Shown: one piece after another, positions 1 to 10,339 of the stretch
How the letters are laid out: each line of letters begins with the position of its first letter
Position numbering within the stretch: position 1 is the stretch's first letter
Assembly: GCA_965242695.1 (NCBI GenBank)
Contig: CBDESU010000002.1
Location: forward strand, 416,001 to 480,000
Direction of reading: 5' to 3'
DNA length: 64,000 bases
From: Cenarchaeum sp.
GTDB lineage: Archaea; Thermoproteota; Nitrososphaeria; Nitrososphaerales; Nitrosopumilaceae
Position numbers and translations under genes: made by a program
The notes under the pieces: model-generated
Seen by the model: the letters and a program-made list of their open reading frames with translations, nothing else
The model's database searches: none
What the model was told of the DNA's origin: nothing

Positions 1-1107
1 CCACTTGAGCACCTTGCGTCCCAGGGGCCGCGAAAAGGTGCGGTCGCTTTTGACGGCCAGGCACACGATCGGCACGAGCGCGAACAGGGACGGCAGCACG
101 TCCGTGCTCTCTATACCTGCATTCTTCTTGAGAAAGTCGATCGCAAAGTCTAGCCCCTGCAGCGTCCTCTTCCAGTCCGCTTTGAGCCTGCCCGTGCTGA
201 TCCTGTCTATGTTCTCGAACTTGTTCTGGTGCGTGGACACGGACACGAGGCACTTGAGCAGGAACCCCTCGTCCAGGTCGAACCCCTTTCTTCGGTAGGC
301 GTCGGAGGCGTCGGCAAACACCTTCATGGCCCCCTTCCACCGTACAGTGACCTGCGCGAGCGCAAGGTCGACCTTGCGCAGCTTTGACCCCTGTGAGTTG
401 ATGCGGACGAATATGTCCGTGACGACGGCGTAGGGCGTGCCCCTCTCGAGTATCTGCACGGGGTACTGGTACTTTTCGATATCCAGGAGTCGAACCAGCC
501 TTGTGTGGTACTTTTCAAAGTTCGGGTCGTCCAGCCGTATTCCGTTCTCGGTCAGGGCCTTGAAGGCGCCCTTCTTGAACGCGTCCGTCACGGAGACCCA
601 GAGGGGGTTTCCCGCTATGCCTTTGCTCGCAAGGCGGAAGGTGTGGTGGGCCGGCGCGTCGGCCGCATCGCGGGCGCCGTCCTGGTCGTCGTCCTGGTCG
701 TCCGGGTCGTCGTCCTGGCTGTCAGCGCCCGTGGGGTCGTCCGGGTGGTTTACGTTGAAGTAGACCTGGACATGGGTGGACTTTACCGACTTGCCCGCCC
801 TCATCTCCACGGGCGTGCCCCTCATTACGGCCGCTAGGGACGTGATGCGCTGCTGGCCGTCGAGCAGGAGTACCGACGGCTTGGCGTCGCGCTTCGCGTC
901 TGCGGCAGCCGGCGAGTGTGTCGGCACCGGCGCATCGTTCTCCCACAGCAGGATCGAGCCGGACGGGTAGCCGTTGTATATAGAGTCGACCAGGGCGCGC
1001 ACCTTTTCCTTGGTCCAGATGTAGTTTCGCTGCATCTCGGGGAGCTGTATGTCGCCGTCCATGAACTGGTCGACGAGCTTTGACACCGGGCGCCTCGTCT
1101 CTTCCAC
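1..1107 (-). CDS. DUF262/GmrSD-family protein, 3' end runs off the window
   Basis: Not in the ORF track; translated by hand from GTG 1107: VEETRRPVSKLVDQFMDGDIQLPEMQRNYIW...DSIYNGYPSGSILLW...LLDGQQRITSL...IFVRINSQGSKL. These are the DUF262 motifs QR, DGQQR and FxRxN. TATA at 1131-1136. Confidence 0.9.
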   Translation of the reverse strand, partial: MEETRRPVSKLVDQFMDGDIQLPEMQRNYIWTKEKVRALVDSIYNGYPSGSILLWENDAPVPTHSPAAADAKRDAKPSVLLLDGQQRITSLAAVMRGTPVEMRAGKSVKSTHVQVYFNVNHPDDPTGADSQDDDPDDQDDDQDGARDAADAPAHHTFRLASKGIAGNPLWVSVTDAFKKGAFKALTENGIRLDDPNFEKYHTRLVRLLDIEKYQYPVQILERGTPYAVVTDIFVRINSQGSKLRKVDLALAQVTVRWKGAMKVFADASDAYRRKGFDLDEGFLLKCLVSVSTHQNKFENIDRISTGRLKADWKRTLQGLDFAIDFLKKNAGIESTDVLPSLFALVPIVCLAVKSDRTFSRPLGRKVLKW

Positions 1108-1130
1108 GCCCGGCGAGGGCAGGGGCCGCG

Positions 1131-1141
1131 TATAAGGTTTT
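1131..1141 (-). promoter_or_regulatory. archaeal TATA box for the DUF262 gene
   Basis: AAAACCTTATA on the minus strand, about 24 nt before GTG 1107. Confidence 0.6.
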
Positions 1142-1586
1142 CATCGGGGCCGTCACCTCACCGGAGAGGCGCCTCCGGCCCTGCTCCCCCGCCGCAGGAT
1201 GGCAGGTGGGACGCGGAACGGGGGCAGAGCAGGCCGCAAAATGGGGCGGCGGCCCCAGCGCTCCGGCTCAAGGCCCGGCCAGGGAAGCCTTGGCGAGCGG
1301 ACGGCGGCGCGCGAACAGGCAGGTGTCCTGCGCATCCGCAACCGCTGGCGCAGTCCTGCACTTGCACCGTCACCGCCCCTGCCATTTGCGCCCACATGAC
1401 CATAAGCAGTTACAGTGTGGGATCGCCTCGACGCATGGCAGTGCGCCGAAGCCGGTACTCGCATCATCAGGGGAAAACAGCGGCGTCCCGCACCGCCCTA
1501 AGCCTAGACAGGAGGGCGAGGGGAATCAGGCCCTGCGCTCCTTCCCCGGAGCGAGCTCTTATATGCAGGCGCGTGCGGCCGAGGCC

Positions 1587-2561
1587 GTGCAGGTCAAGTG
1601 GAAGGAAATCAGGGATGCCCTCGAAGGGCTGGATGATGTCATGCCCATGGCGTTTTTGCTCAGAAAGGACACGAGGAGCAGGCATCTACACTCGTTCAAG
1701 CTCAGGCCAATCGGGAACAAGACAAAGCTTCACAACAAGCTAAGGAGGAAGATAAAGGGGCGGTTGGAGGGCATGGCGGACGAGAAGCGGCCCATAAAGA
1801 ACTTCGACAAGGACTACGAAAGTGACAGCATCACCATCATGGACGTTAAAAAGAGCTCGTTCGTTGACGAAACGTTGAAGACAATTTTACAAATGGCGGA
1901 CACAGATCCGATCGACAGCCTCAAGAGCATGCAAACGGCAAAGTATTCGGCGACGCTCTTTCGTATGCCCGACCATGGCTCAATCATAACAATAGACAGT
2001 GTTGCGGTATATCACGAGGGGTTCAAAAAGGTAGGGCACCTGCTCTCCTACGACGACGACGTCAGCGATGTAGACGGCATGATCATGTTCAAGTTCGACC
2101 TGCCGTGCATATATTTTGAGAAGTTTGGGATGCTCCTCGTTCTGGACAGGAAGGCGACCGAGCAGATATTCAACCTTATAGAGCACTATCAAGACAGAAT
2201 AAAAGACTACTTTGAGGACCTTGCGGACGACGACAGGATAGACATAAACTTGGACGACTTGAAGGAGTGGACCAAGACAATGACGATGGCAAGGAGGGTC
2301 AACGCAATGATTCAGAACGGGATGCTTGATCGGGACATCGACGTGTATGAAAGGTACAGAGACTATCTTGATTCGCATTCGGATATTGACGACGACGGGC
2401 TGCTGCTTAAGCTAGATAACGGCACGATAAGCATTCCGGACAAGAAGCACTTTGAATCATTTTTGAACTTTTCGGAAACAAACCTGCAGCAATCTGTGAT
2501 CGATCCAAACGACACATACGTGACATCGCGAAAGCGCAAGGTCGTGAGAAAGACGGCGTGA
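1587..2561 (+). CDS. kwaB: Kiwa KwaB-like protein (DUF4868)
   Basis: Protein-like part of ORF 1080-2561. Start placed at GTG 1587 because CTTATAT lies about 25 nt upstream (ATG 1563 is the alternative). Segment MFKFDLPCIYF...LVLDRKATEQIFNLIEHY resembles KwaB; adjacent to a KwaA-like gene. Confidence 0.7.
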   Translation: MQVKWKEIRDALEGLDDVMPMAFLLRKDTRSRHLHSFKLRPIGNKTKLHNKLRRKIKGRLEGMADEKRPIKNFDKDYESDSITIMDVKKSSFVDETLKTILQMADTDPIDSLKSMQTAKYSATLFRMPDHGSIITIDSVAVYHEGFKKVGHLLSYDDDVSDVDGMIMFKFDLPCIYFEKFGMLLVLDRKATEQIFNLIEHYQDRIKDYFEDLADDDRIDINLDDLKEWTKTMTMARRVNAMIQNGMLDRDIDVYERYRDYLDSHSDIDDDGLLLKLDNGTISIPDKKHFESFLNFSETNLQQSVIDPNDTYVTSRKRKVVRKTA

Positions 2562-3119
2562 CTATCGGTCACCGGTCGCGACGATGTACAGGTTTTCTGA
2601 TATTTCTATGCATGGCAGATCAGTACGGGCTCTGACCTTGAGCTTGGAGAAGACCACGACCGTGTTGCCGTGGTCGTCGACCACACGGTACGGTCGGTAA
2701 AACATAGAAATTAGGGGGTTGATGTGCAGAAGGTTGAATTTTGCGTACATGGTGTAAACGACGATGATAAGAATAATAAATACGATGAGATTCACCAGCG
2801 TGAGTTCGTCAATGAGCACAAAGGGAATGTATGTAAGCGCGTAAAGGGCCACATCGCTACTAATGTCAAACTTTTTTTTGACCCTGATGGGCACAAAGTC
2901 TGAGCTGGCAAGGGCGGCGCGCCGCAAGCACCAGATTACGATAGCTGGAACGACGGCCACGGGCAGTGCAAGCAGTAGGCAAGTCAGGGGGTTTGCGTCG
3001 GCTGAGAATGCGTACCGTGTTAGCAAAATGACCCATGCCGGCACGAGTGCCGTGACGAAAAGCGACAGCCTCTTGGCATGGTCCTGCGCATCGAGCCACA
3101 GTTCCTGTTGGAATGTCAT
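2562..3119 (-). CDS. kwaA: Kiwa KwaA-like 4-TM membrane protein
   Basis: Four hydrophobic helices; YALTYIPF...YAKFNLLHINPLISMFYRPYRV...IEISENLYI matches the KwaA pattern. Confidence 0.75.
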   Translation of the reverse strand: MTFQQELWLDAQDHAKRLSLFVTALVPAWVILLTRYAFSADANPLTCLLLALPVAVVPAIVIWCLRRAALASSDFVPIRVKKKFDISSDVALYALTYIPFVLIDELTLVNLIVFIILIIVVYTMYAKFNLLHINPLISMFYRPYRVVDDHGNTVVVFSKLKVRARTDLPCIEISENLYIVATGDR

Positions 3120-3779
3120 GGGCGATCACCGACCGCCGGCATAGCCGCACCGTGGCGGCTCGAGGCTGCATGCGCAGAATGCGCAGCAGGGGTCGGATCG
3201 TCCGTTCGCATTTTACCACCCGGCACGCATACGACAGGCTATTAGAACATACCCGTTTGAGGGCATGGAAGGCATCGGCCACGACGAACAGGCAAGGCGG
3301 CAACCCATCGGTCGGGCTGAACAACAGGCAACGTTGTCGGTTCGTGCGCGAAGTGTCAAAGGTGCCCTACATCCACCCGTACCGCACCGAAAGACGGAGG
3401 GCTGTCGACACGCGCGAGCGCCTTCAGAGGCGTACAATGGTGGGTCGCGGAAGGGCAGCCCGCCGCAGTCCGGCCGGCCGCCGCGCCTAGCGCCCGGGAC
3501 CGTGACCCGCCGCAGTCCGGCCGGCCGGGATTGCCGCCGGCCGCCCCGATCATCAAGCCGACCAGCGCGGCCGCGCAGGCGGCAGGGTCGATCGCGGCGT
3601 CTGACCCAACGGCGGGATGAGGGCATGGACGCGTGCGATCGCCCTGCGATCGCCCGCCTAGGCCATTTCCTGTGCGCGGAGTGCATGCCAGGCGCGCCTA
3701 GCCGGCCGACCTAGGCACGCGTGTAGGGCGCAGATCCTATCATGCCATCGTTTATAAGGCAAGGCGGAACGGGCCAGGC

Positions 3780-4205
3780 ATGGACCGCAAAGAGCTGAGG
3801 TTCCGCATCCTCTTCGAGTGCTACAGACACCGCCACACCGGCGCCAAGTACGACTTGAACATCGCAGTCGCGACAATCAACGCGGACCATGACGAAAAAC
3901 AGGCCGCCAAGGTTTGGCTCATAAACGAACGGCTTGTCGATGGACAAGCAGTTCCTGATGCAAGTGGAAAAGTAGACCCAAGACTGAAACGCATCAACAA
4001 AAGGGGAAACAATGTAGTAAAGCCCGTTATAGACAACGTATCCCCGGAGATGATGGACAGGGACGGCAGGTTTGACTCGCTGTCCAAGCCCGAAAAGATC
4101 GAGAGGTTCGCCGCCGAGTGCCTCAACAACCCCGCGGCAGGATCTCTGTGCAAGGCCATTCTCAAGTCCGTCATATCTCAAATGAAATCAGAGACGGAGG
4201 AGTGA
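3780..4205 (+). CDS. hypothetical protein, possible winged helix
   Basis: 141-aa ORF with natural composition; TTTATAA at 3751-3757. Confidence 0.65.
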   Translation: MDRKELRFRILFECYRHRHTGAKYDLNIAVATINADHDEKQAAKVWLINERLVDGQAVPDASGKVDPRLKRINKRGNNVVKPVIDNVSPEMMDRDGRFDSLSKPEKIERFAAECLNNPAAGSLCKAILKSVISQMKSETEE

Positions 4206-4582
4206 TGCGCGAGCCGGCAGCATTTGTGTTTGTTGTGTCACTCTATTTTGCCGGCGGCTCCTGCGGCGAGGGCTCCGGTGCCTGCGCTCTGCATCAGGGC
4301 TGGGCGGGGCCGGCAGGCTGGCACTGTATACTGTAGCCGGGCGGCATGCGCATCGAACAAGACATGCAAGGATAGAAGTGGCAGATGGGAAGATATAGCC
4401 GTATAACGGCATAGGACGGCTGGCAGGGCGAATGCGGGGCGCGGTCGGAGGCGGGGACGAACCGGCGGGGCTGGTAGTGCAACACAGGCCGCGTGGCGGC
4501 GGGGCGGGGTCAAGAGGCCGATGGCGGCGCGCGGATACGTGCCTGTCATCAGCTAACAAAAAACACGATCAGGATGTGAAGG

Positions 4583-4849
4583 CTAAAACACATAGACATA
4601 GTCGGCGCTGCCCGGGCCTCCCGGGCCGCCCTTCATCCCCTTGTCCTGGAAGTAGGTCTCTGTGTCCCGCGCAGTTTTCTCTGTGTCGGCATCCCATTCC
4701 TGCCACAACGAGACATCATGGCCTTTCTCTCGGTGCTGCCTGCGGCGTCGAGCAGGATCATCGGTGACGCCAATAACCCACTCGCGGTACGGGCGGCCGC
4801 TGAGTATAACCGTGAGTTGTATTCTAAACTTTAGGCTTCGAGCGTTCAT
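4583..4849 (-). CDS. small GIY-YIG-like protein (88 aa)
   Basis: WVIGVTDDPARRRRQH...ARDTETYF resembles the YIG-T...R..QH...E half of GIY-YIG; TTATATA about 22-28 nt before ATG 4849. Confidence 0.6.
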   Translation of the reverse strand: MNARSLKFRIQLTVILSGRPYREWVIGVTDDPARRRRQHREKGHDVSLWQEWDADTEKTARDTETYFQDKGMKGGPGGPGSADYVYVF

Positions 4850-4981
4850 GAACAGACGGCCGTGTGGTTGTATATAAGCAATATGAACAACTTGTCTACA
4901 CATAGGCCGAATGCGAGCGCAGGGGCCCGATCGCCCACCCCAGCCCCCTTTTTATAACCCCAGGCGGACAGGCGCGGCGTC

Positions 4982-6289
4982 ATGTTCAGGGATGCCGAGG
5001 AGTTGACACGGCACATGAGGCTGCGGCACTGGCTCGAAAGAGAGGACCTAGAGTTCAAGTCCGGCAGGCCCTGGAAAGATCTGCGCTCAAAGCTTGTAAA
5101 GACGGCGCTTGCCATGGCCAACCTCCAGGGAGGAGGCTACATCGTGATCGGCGTCAGGGAGGGCAAGGGCGAAAGGGCCCACGAGATAGACGCCATGCCC
5201 GAGACCATCGCGCGCACGTATTCGGCCGACGACGTGTCCGAGTACTTTAACACGCATGCGGACCCCGATATCGATGTAGAGGTGGTCCGGTTTGAGCATG
5301 GCGGAAAGTATGTCGTGGCGATCCAAGTGCACGAGTTCAAGGAGGTTCCCGTGATATGCAAAAAGGGCATCGGCGACCACGTAAGGCGGGGCGTTGTGTA
5401 CTGCCGAAGCCCCAAGCCCGAGACCGTGCCCGCGAACGCCAAGATCATGAGGGAAATCATAGAAATGGCGGTCGACAGGGGCATTGCAAAGCAGAGGAGT
5501 CGATCCATGAAGCAAGGGGCAGATATCGATGCCGGCCTTTTTACGGAAGAGACACGCGCAAAAATGGGCGAAAATGCAAATCGAGTCATATTGTCAATAA
5601 TAGAAAAGGGGCACTGGGAGGTCACAATCAGGCCCTCACGCCCCGGCAAGTTCTCCCTCGCCTCGCTCAAGGACGCCTTGACAGCGTCGCGGGTCAAGCT
5701 CAGGGGCATGTACTATCCACACGTAGCAAGCAAGCACGGAGAGATGTACAACATGGACGGATGCGTCGAGGCATGGATGCGATGGGGCGAGTTCGCCGAG
5801 GTCTTTCAGTTTTACAGGAGCGGGCAGTTTGTCCACTACATGGGCATGGTGGAGGACCGCGATGCAGACTGCGTGCCCCTGACGGCTGAATGGGTGCCAA
5901 GGGGGGAGCCGCCCACGCCGGAGCACCCGTTTCTCAGGGCAAAGTCTGCGCTGTACTACTTGACCGAGATATACCTGTTCGCGTCCAACCTTGCGGCGAG
6001 GAATATGCTAGGAGACAGGGCCGACATCGGCATAACCCTGCACAAACAAGACGGTCGGGCCCTCAGGTACGGAGACGGCCCCGGCGGCCTTCCCCAGGCC
6101 AGCAGGTGCCGGTCGGCGTCGATACGGCTCGGATTAGGCCGAGTTGCAACGGACCGGCTGCGCGCAGATCACGACGCAATGGCCATAGCGGACGGGGTCA
6201 GGCTGATGGAGGCGTACAACGAGGAGGAGGAAGGCCTCGGGGATGCCCTACAGGGATGGCAGGCCAACTTTTACCGGAGACGCCCCTAG
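4982..6289 (+). CDS. Schlafen/AlbA_2-domain protein with uncharacterised C-terminal domain
   Basis: EREDLEFKS...ALAMANLQGGGYIVIGV; TATA at 4949-4957. Confidence 0.85.
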   Translation: MFRDAEELTRHMRLRHWLEREDLEFKSGRPWKDLRSKLVKTALAMANLQGGGYIVIGVREGKGERAHEIDAMPETIARTYSADDVSEYFNTHADPDIDVEVVRFEHGGKYVVAIQVHEFKEVPVICKKGIGDHVRRGVVYCRSPKPETVPANAKIMREIIEMAVDRGIAKQRSRSMKQGADIDAGLFTEETRAKMGENANRVILSIIEKGHWEVTIRPSRPGKFSLASLKDALTASRVKLRGMYYPHVASKHGEMYNMDGCVEAWMRWGEFAEVFQFYRSGQFVHYMGMVEDRDADCVPLTAEWVPRGEPPTPEHPFLRAKSALYYLTEIYLFASNLAARNMLGDRADIGITLHKQDGRALRYGDGPGGLPQASRCRSASIRLGLGRVATDRLRADHDAMAIADGVRLMEAYNEEEEGLGDALQGWQANFYRRRP

Positions 6290-7029
6290 GTCAGCATCGC
6301 GCGGCAGGCACGGCGATCCCTTTCGTCAAAGATGCTCCGCCTGCGGGGCCTGAGACGGGTGCTGCCGGGCTAGGAGGCCACCCGGCGAGCCGGCGGCAAA
6401 GCGATGTGAGACGGGGCAACTCCTGCGATCGGCCTCATGTCAGGACGACAGCGGCTGTGCATGTGCATGCATCCAGAGCCGCTTGCCGCTCGCGTGCCGG
6501 GGCAGGCCACGAACGCGCGCGCCGGCGCGTGGTTCGGCCGGCCCGTGCCGCACATGAAACGGACAGACTGCAGGGGCGTGCAACAGGGCTGCGGGGCAGG
6601 ACGCCGCAACGGCTCCCAAGGACTGGCTTGCAGGTAGCAGGCGCGGCAACGGCGCGGGCGGAACATCGCGCCGCAGCTGCGGCGGCCATCTGCCGCAACA
6701 CCACACTGCGCAGGAGCGTCACGGGAACAGCACGGGGGCAACGTTGCAGGCGCGCAGGCCCATCGGGCCGTCCGCCAGGATGCCGCGTCGCAGCGCAAAA
6801 GACGCGGGCGGCCGGAGCGCAAGCCCGCACGATGTCGACTCGAAGAAGAGCTGCATCCGCTGCCGTCCAATGTGACGATTTGGCGGTGCCAGGGGCCGCG
6901 CGCGCCGCGCGTTGCCCGCAGCATCACACTTTTATGCTACGGGTTGCGGTGTCAGGCGTGAGCACGAGGCCAAGAGGGGCGGCAAGTTGGCGGCGGGGCA
7001 GGGGGCGCCGCTCCGGGCGGCGGCTGGCC

Positions 7030-7554
7030 ATGACCTGGCAAGAGGTGCAACGCTCCATCCTGTTCACGGCCGTCATGGTGTACGCAACCGTCCATACGGC
7101 ATCGCTGGCCTACTGGTCGTCGGTCGTACTCGGTCCATATATAGAGCCCCTGCAGTGCCACGCGGTGATTGCGCTTGGCCTTTTGCAGATGGGGCCTCAC
7201 TGCTTGCTGATCCTGGGGGGCGCATTGCTCTTTGTCGACCCTGCCTGCAGAAACCCGGTCGGCAGACTGCGCTACGGTGTGTGGGGGAAGATCCATAACG
7301 GACGGTTTACGAAGCAGGAGCGCTTCGTGTTTGCCTCTGCCGGCACGATCCTCGTGTTTTGGTGCCAGTTTTCCGGGGTGCTGGTGTTGGACTTTGACGA
7401 TAGAAGGGGCACGACGCCACAGCGGATGAAGGAAATGACGCAGAAAGGGCCGGCCTACGCGGACGATCACGGTCCATGCCGAGCAGTGCGCGAGCGCCTT
7501 GGCAGACAGAAAAGGACTTTGCTATGGCTTGTGCGAAAACATCGGAATCTGTGA
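7030..7554 (+). CDS. putative membrane protein
   Basis: 3' part of ORF 5890-7554 from MTWQEV, with about 3 hydrophobic stretches; may be degenerate. Confidence 0.35.
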   Translation: MTWQEVQRSILFTAVMVYATVHTASLAYWSSVVLGPYIEPLQCHAVIALGLLQMGPHCLLILGGALLFVDPACRNPVGRLRYGVWGKIHNGRFTKQERFVFASAGTILVFWCQFSGVLVLDFDDRRGTTPQRMKEMTQKGPAYADDHGPCRAVRERLGRQKRTLLWLVRKHRNL

Positions 7555-8392
7555 CTATCCATATGCTCAGGTTTTGATGCGGTGAGGCATGCGCCGACGA
7601 TGGCGCCTAGTACGTGCGTGGGATGGGTTACTAGATGCCGCAGTGTCTGGAGGCGGCCCCTGCCGGATCGACCTCGGCCTTGCACAGCACGAAGAGGGCG
7701 TGGGATGCGATGCTGCTCCTGTATGGAAGAGTGGGCCGGGACATAAGCGGGGCGTTGGGACGGGTCGATACCCTCCCGGCACGCTCTACAGAGTACGGAT
7801 CTGCGAATCGTAGCAGTCCACCCTGGCTGATGAATTCTGTTGAACAACCGGTCGGGTCAACGAGCGGGAAGCGTGCCATGTACGCCGCCATGCCCCCCAT
7901 ACGCACCGCCTGCCAGACGCCAAGCGCGCCTAGTGCCCCGCCGGATGCGGTAACGGAAGAGGTCGCGCTCGAGATCCAAGAGGCGGGGGAGCACCCCGGC
8001 CTCCAATAGGGACAACACGGTAGCAAAAGCAACAGTCCTGACGCGTGACCGCACGTGTCGCACCCTTCTTCCCCTCATGGCGAAGGGTAGAGTCCCCTAC
8101 GCGTAACCTGCAGTGCGTGAGCTGGATCACGATTTCAACAGCTGTTCAGGGTTTGCACAGCTGCGAGGCCGCAGCTCTATCGGTACTGTTACCACATCAA
8201 AACATCCATCTTGTTTTTTATGTAGCGGATACACAATGCTGACCGATTATTCTGTTTCCAGGCTTTATTTATAGAAATTCTAGTGCTTCAGATTAATCCA
8301 AAACAGTTTTTCAATTCAGTTAGGTTTATCATATAATGCACGCAAAACCGCTTTATCTTTGCGGGGGCTTATATACCTCAATCATCACAAAA

Positions 8393-8800
8393 TTAGTCGC
8401 TTTTGTTAATATTTTGGGATGCATTGTCCACGACGCTCATGAATTCGGCAACATGGGACTGATCCAAGGTTCCTGCTTCTCCTCTCGCCTGGAATATTCT
8501 GATGAACTTTGCGATTAGGCCGCACCCACACTCAATTTTTTCGCCATCGTACCCAGACTCCAAGATAAGAACTTTGTAGTATGAAGGATGGTACTCAGAC
8601 TCTTCCTTCGGCCTCCGTACCAGAGTGTATCCGTGTTCCAAGCACAGACGAGACAGCGTGTTTTCGTCGGTGGCGGGGAATTTCTCTATGTAGTACGCAT
8701 AACTTTGTGTCCCCGGTATCGTGAAAGTATGACCCGGAGTGCCTGGGAGCCACGACGGGTGTGCCGCAGTGACAAGATCACGAATTTCTTCGAATTCCAC
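8393..8800 (-). CDS. hypothetical protein
   Basis: 135-aa ORF in lower-GC DNA; AT-rich TATA-like box near 8824-8833. Confidence 0.5.
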   Translation of the reverse strand: MEFEEIRDLVTAAHPSWLPGTPGHTFTIPGTQSYAYYIEKFPATDENTLSRLCLEHGYTLVRRPKEESEYHPSYYKVLILESGYDGEKIECGCGLIAKFIRIFQARGEAGTLDQSHVAEFMSVVDNASQNINKSD

Positions 8801-9021
8801 GACGGGACGGGATCACGGGGCCTAATATATCTTACCCTGTGCTTTGAGGCATAACCGCGCGGTTTGACGCCTAGCGCCGGCCATTGATGCATGCTCTGTC
8901 CACCGCGGTGATCTGCTACCGGCAGCTCGCGCGTAGCACGCCCCCTCATCCATGCGGCAACCCCAGAGCCTCTGCCGCAGGCCACAGCGATGCTTAGCTC
9001 CGCCTAACCGCCCTAAAAATG

Positions 9022-9029
9022 CTTATAAA
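9022..9029 (+). promoter_or_regulatory. TATA box of the ubiquitin-like operon
   Basis: CTTATAAA preceded by a purine-rich BRE-like stretch, about 23 nt before ATG 9052. Confidence 0.65.
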
Positions 9030-9051
9030 GCAGGGCGGGCCCCGCCAAGGC

Positions 9052-9330
9052 ATGGCGCAGGTAGAAAAGCCGATAAGGGTCACTGTCATAGTCGACGGAA
9101 TAGACCGCGAAGAGGTGCTCGACGGCGGGTCGACCGTAGGGCAGGTCATCTCCGAGCTGCTCCCGGACGACGAAAAGTCCAAGGCGGGCAACTACGACCT
9201 GTCCACCAAGGACGGCCCCCCGCTGGATCCCGCATCCGTCCTAGAGAACGACGACGTCCACGACGGCGACGTTCTTACCGTTACAAAAAAGGACGGCGGC
9301 GGCGGCGGCAGTGCGTGCAATAGGCCATGA
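9052..9330 (+). CDS. bilA: ubiquitin-like beta-grasp protein (BilA-like) with C-terminal extension
   Basis: IRVTVIVDG...STVGQVI...YDLSTKDGPPLDP...VHDGDVLTVTKKDGGGGG followed by SACNRP. Confidence 0.8.
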   Translation: MAQVEKPIRVTVIVDGIDREEVLDGGSTVGQVISELLPDDEKSKAGNYDLSTKDGPPLDPASVLENDDVHDGDVLTVTKKDGGGGGSACNRP

Positions 9331-9794
9331 CCATTGTGGATCCTTCCCTGTCCAAGATGTGGTTCGACCGCGCGACGGCCCCGCTCGTAGAGCGCCCCGG
9401 CACGTACGCGGGCGCCGGGATCAGGGTAGTCGAGCGCTCGTTCCCCGTCCTCATCGTGGGGCTGTCCTACAAGTCGGCGGGCAGGGAGTTCCTGCTGCAC
9501 GTGCATGCCGACGACTACAACTACCTGCCGCCCAGGGGGTGGTGGGTCGACGGGAATGGATCCCCGCTGCCGGCGGACAGGGCGCCGCGCGGCGCCGGGT
9601 TCCATGCAGACGTCAACCCGTACAAGGAGGACAGGGGGTGGCTGTGCTATCCCGGGTGGCGCGAGTACCACGACCACCAGTCGCACCAAAACGACCCCTG
9701 GGGACCACTTCGGGGCAAGAAAGAGTACGGGATCTCGGCCAGGATCATGCAGCTTTGGCATGATCTCAACCATGCGGGGGTGGAGGTACCATAG
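9327..9794 (+). CDS. bilB: prokaryotic E2 conjugating enzyme (type II BilB-like)
   Basis: DDYNYLPP and WLCYPGWREYHDHQSHQNDPW (putative catalytic Cys); ATGA overlap with the Ubl gene. Confidence 0.8.
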   Translation: MTIVDPSLSKMWFDRATAPLVERPGTYAGAGIRVVERSFPVLIVGLSYKSAGREFLLHVHADDYNYLPPRGWWVDGNGSPLPADRAPRGAGFHADVNPYKEDRGWLCYPGWREYHDHQSHQNDPWGPLRGKKEYGISARIMQLWHDLNHAGVEVP

Positions 9795-9802
9795 CCAGGA
9801 CG

Positions 9803-10339
9803 GTGTGGGTCGTCCCCAGAAAGGTGGTCGACGAGACGGTCGGCGCGCTGTCCAGCATGGAGTCCGAGGTCTTTGTGCTGTGGACCGCGCCCAAGGAACC
9901 GGCCGGTTCCCGCAAGAGCCGCTCCCGAGCAGGACGCATCCTGGAACGCCTCAGGGCCGCGCTCCCCGTGCCTGGCCGCCGCAGTATCGCCATAAGCAGG
10001 GCGATCGTCCCCGTACAGGACACCCACGCGGGCGCCGACGGCGCGTACGTCCACATAGCCGGCAGCGAGCTGCGCAGGATCGGGTTCGACAACTACGAGA
10101 GGGGCGAGCGCAACGCCGTCCAGATACACACCCACCCGTCGTCGAGCACCCGCATGTCCGAGCTGGACCGCGAGTGGGAGGTGGTCACGCACGTCGGGGC
10201 CCTGAGCATCATCGTCCCCCACTACTGCGACGGCGGCCTCGAGTCGTTCAGGAAGGCTAGCGTGTACGAGCGCGAGGCGGGCGGGCGGTGGAGGCTCTGG
10301 GGCGCCGGCGAGTTCAAGAGGAGGCTGAGGATAGCGTGA
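9803..10339 (+). CDS. bilC: JAB/MPN+ metallopeptidase (BilC-like deubiquitinase)
   Basis: JAMM motif: E...QIHTHP...SELD; ALSIIVP. Confidence 0.88.
   Translation: MWVVPRKVVDETVGALSSMESEVFVLWTAPKEPAGSRKSRSRAGRILERLRAALPVPGRRSIAISRAIVPVQDTHAGADGAYVHIAGSELRRIGFDNYERGERNAVQIHTHPSSSTRMSELDREWEVVTHVGALSIIVPHYCDGGLESFRKASVYEREAGGRWRLWGAGEFKRRLRIA

Noticed and set aside
1080-1586. Long N-terminal extensions in the ORF track (also 5890, 11547, 15757, 29716, 42235, 51106)
   Set aside because: Low-complexity read-through typical of high-GC DNA; TATA boxes, gene overlaps or motif starts support later starts.
3459-3527. 22-bp direct repeat x2 as a mini-CRISPR or att site
   Set aside because: Only two GC-rich copies 25 nt apart; no integrase or cas context.
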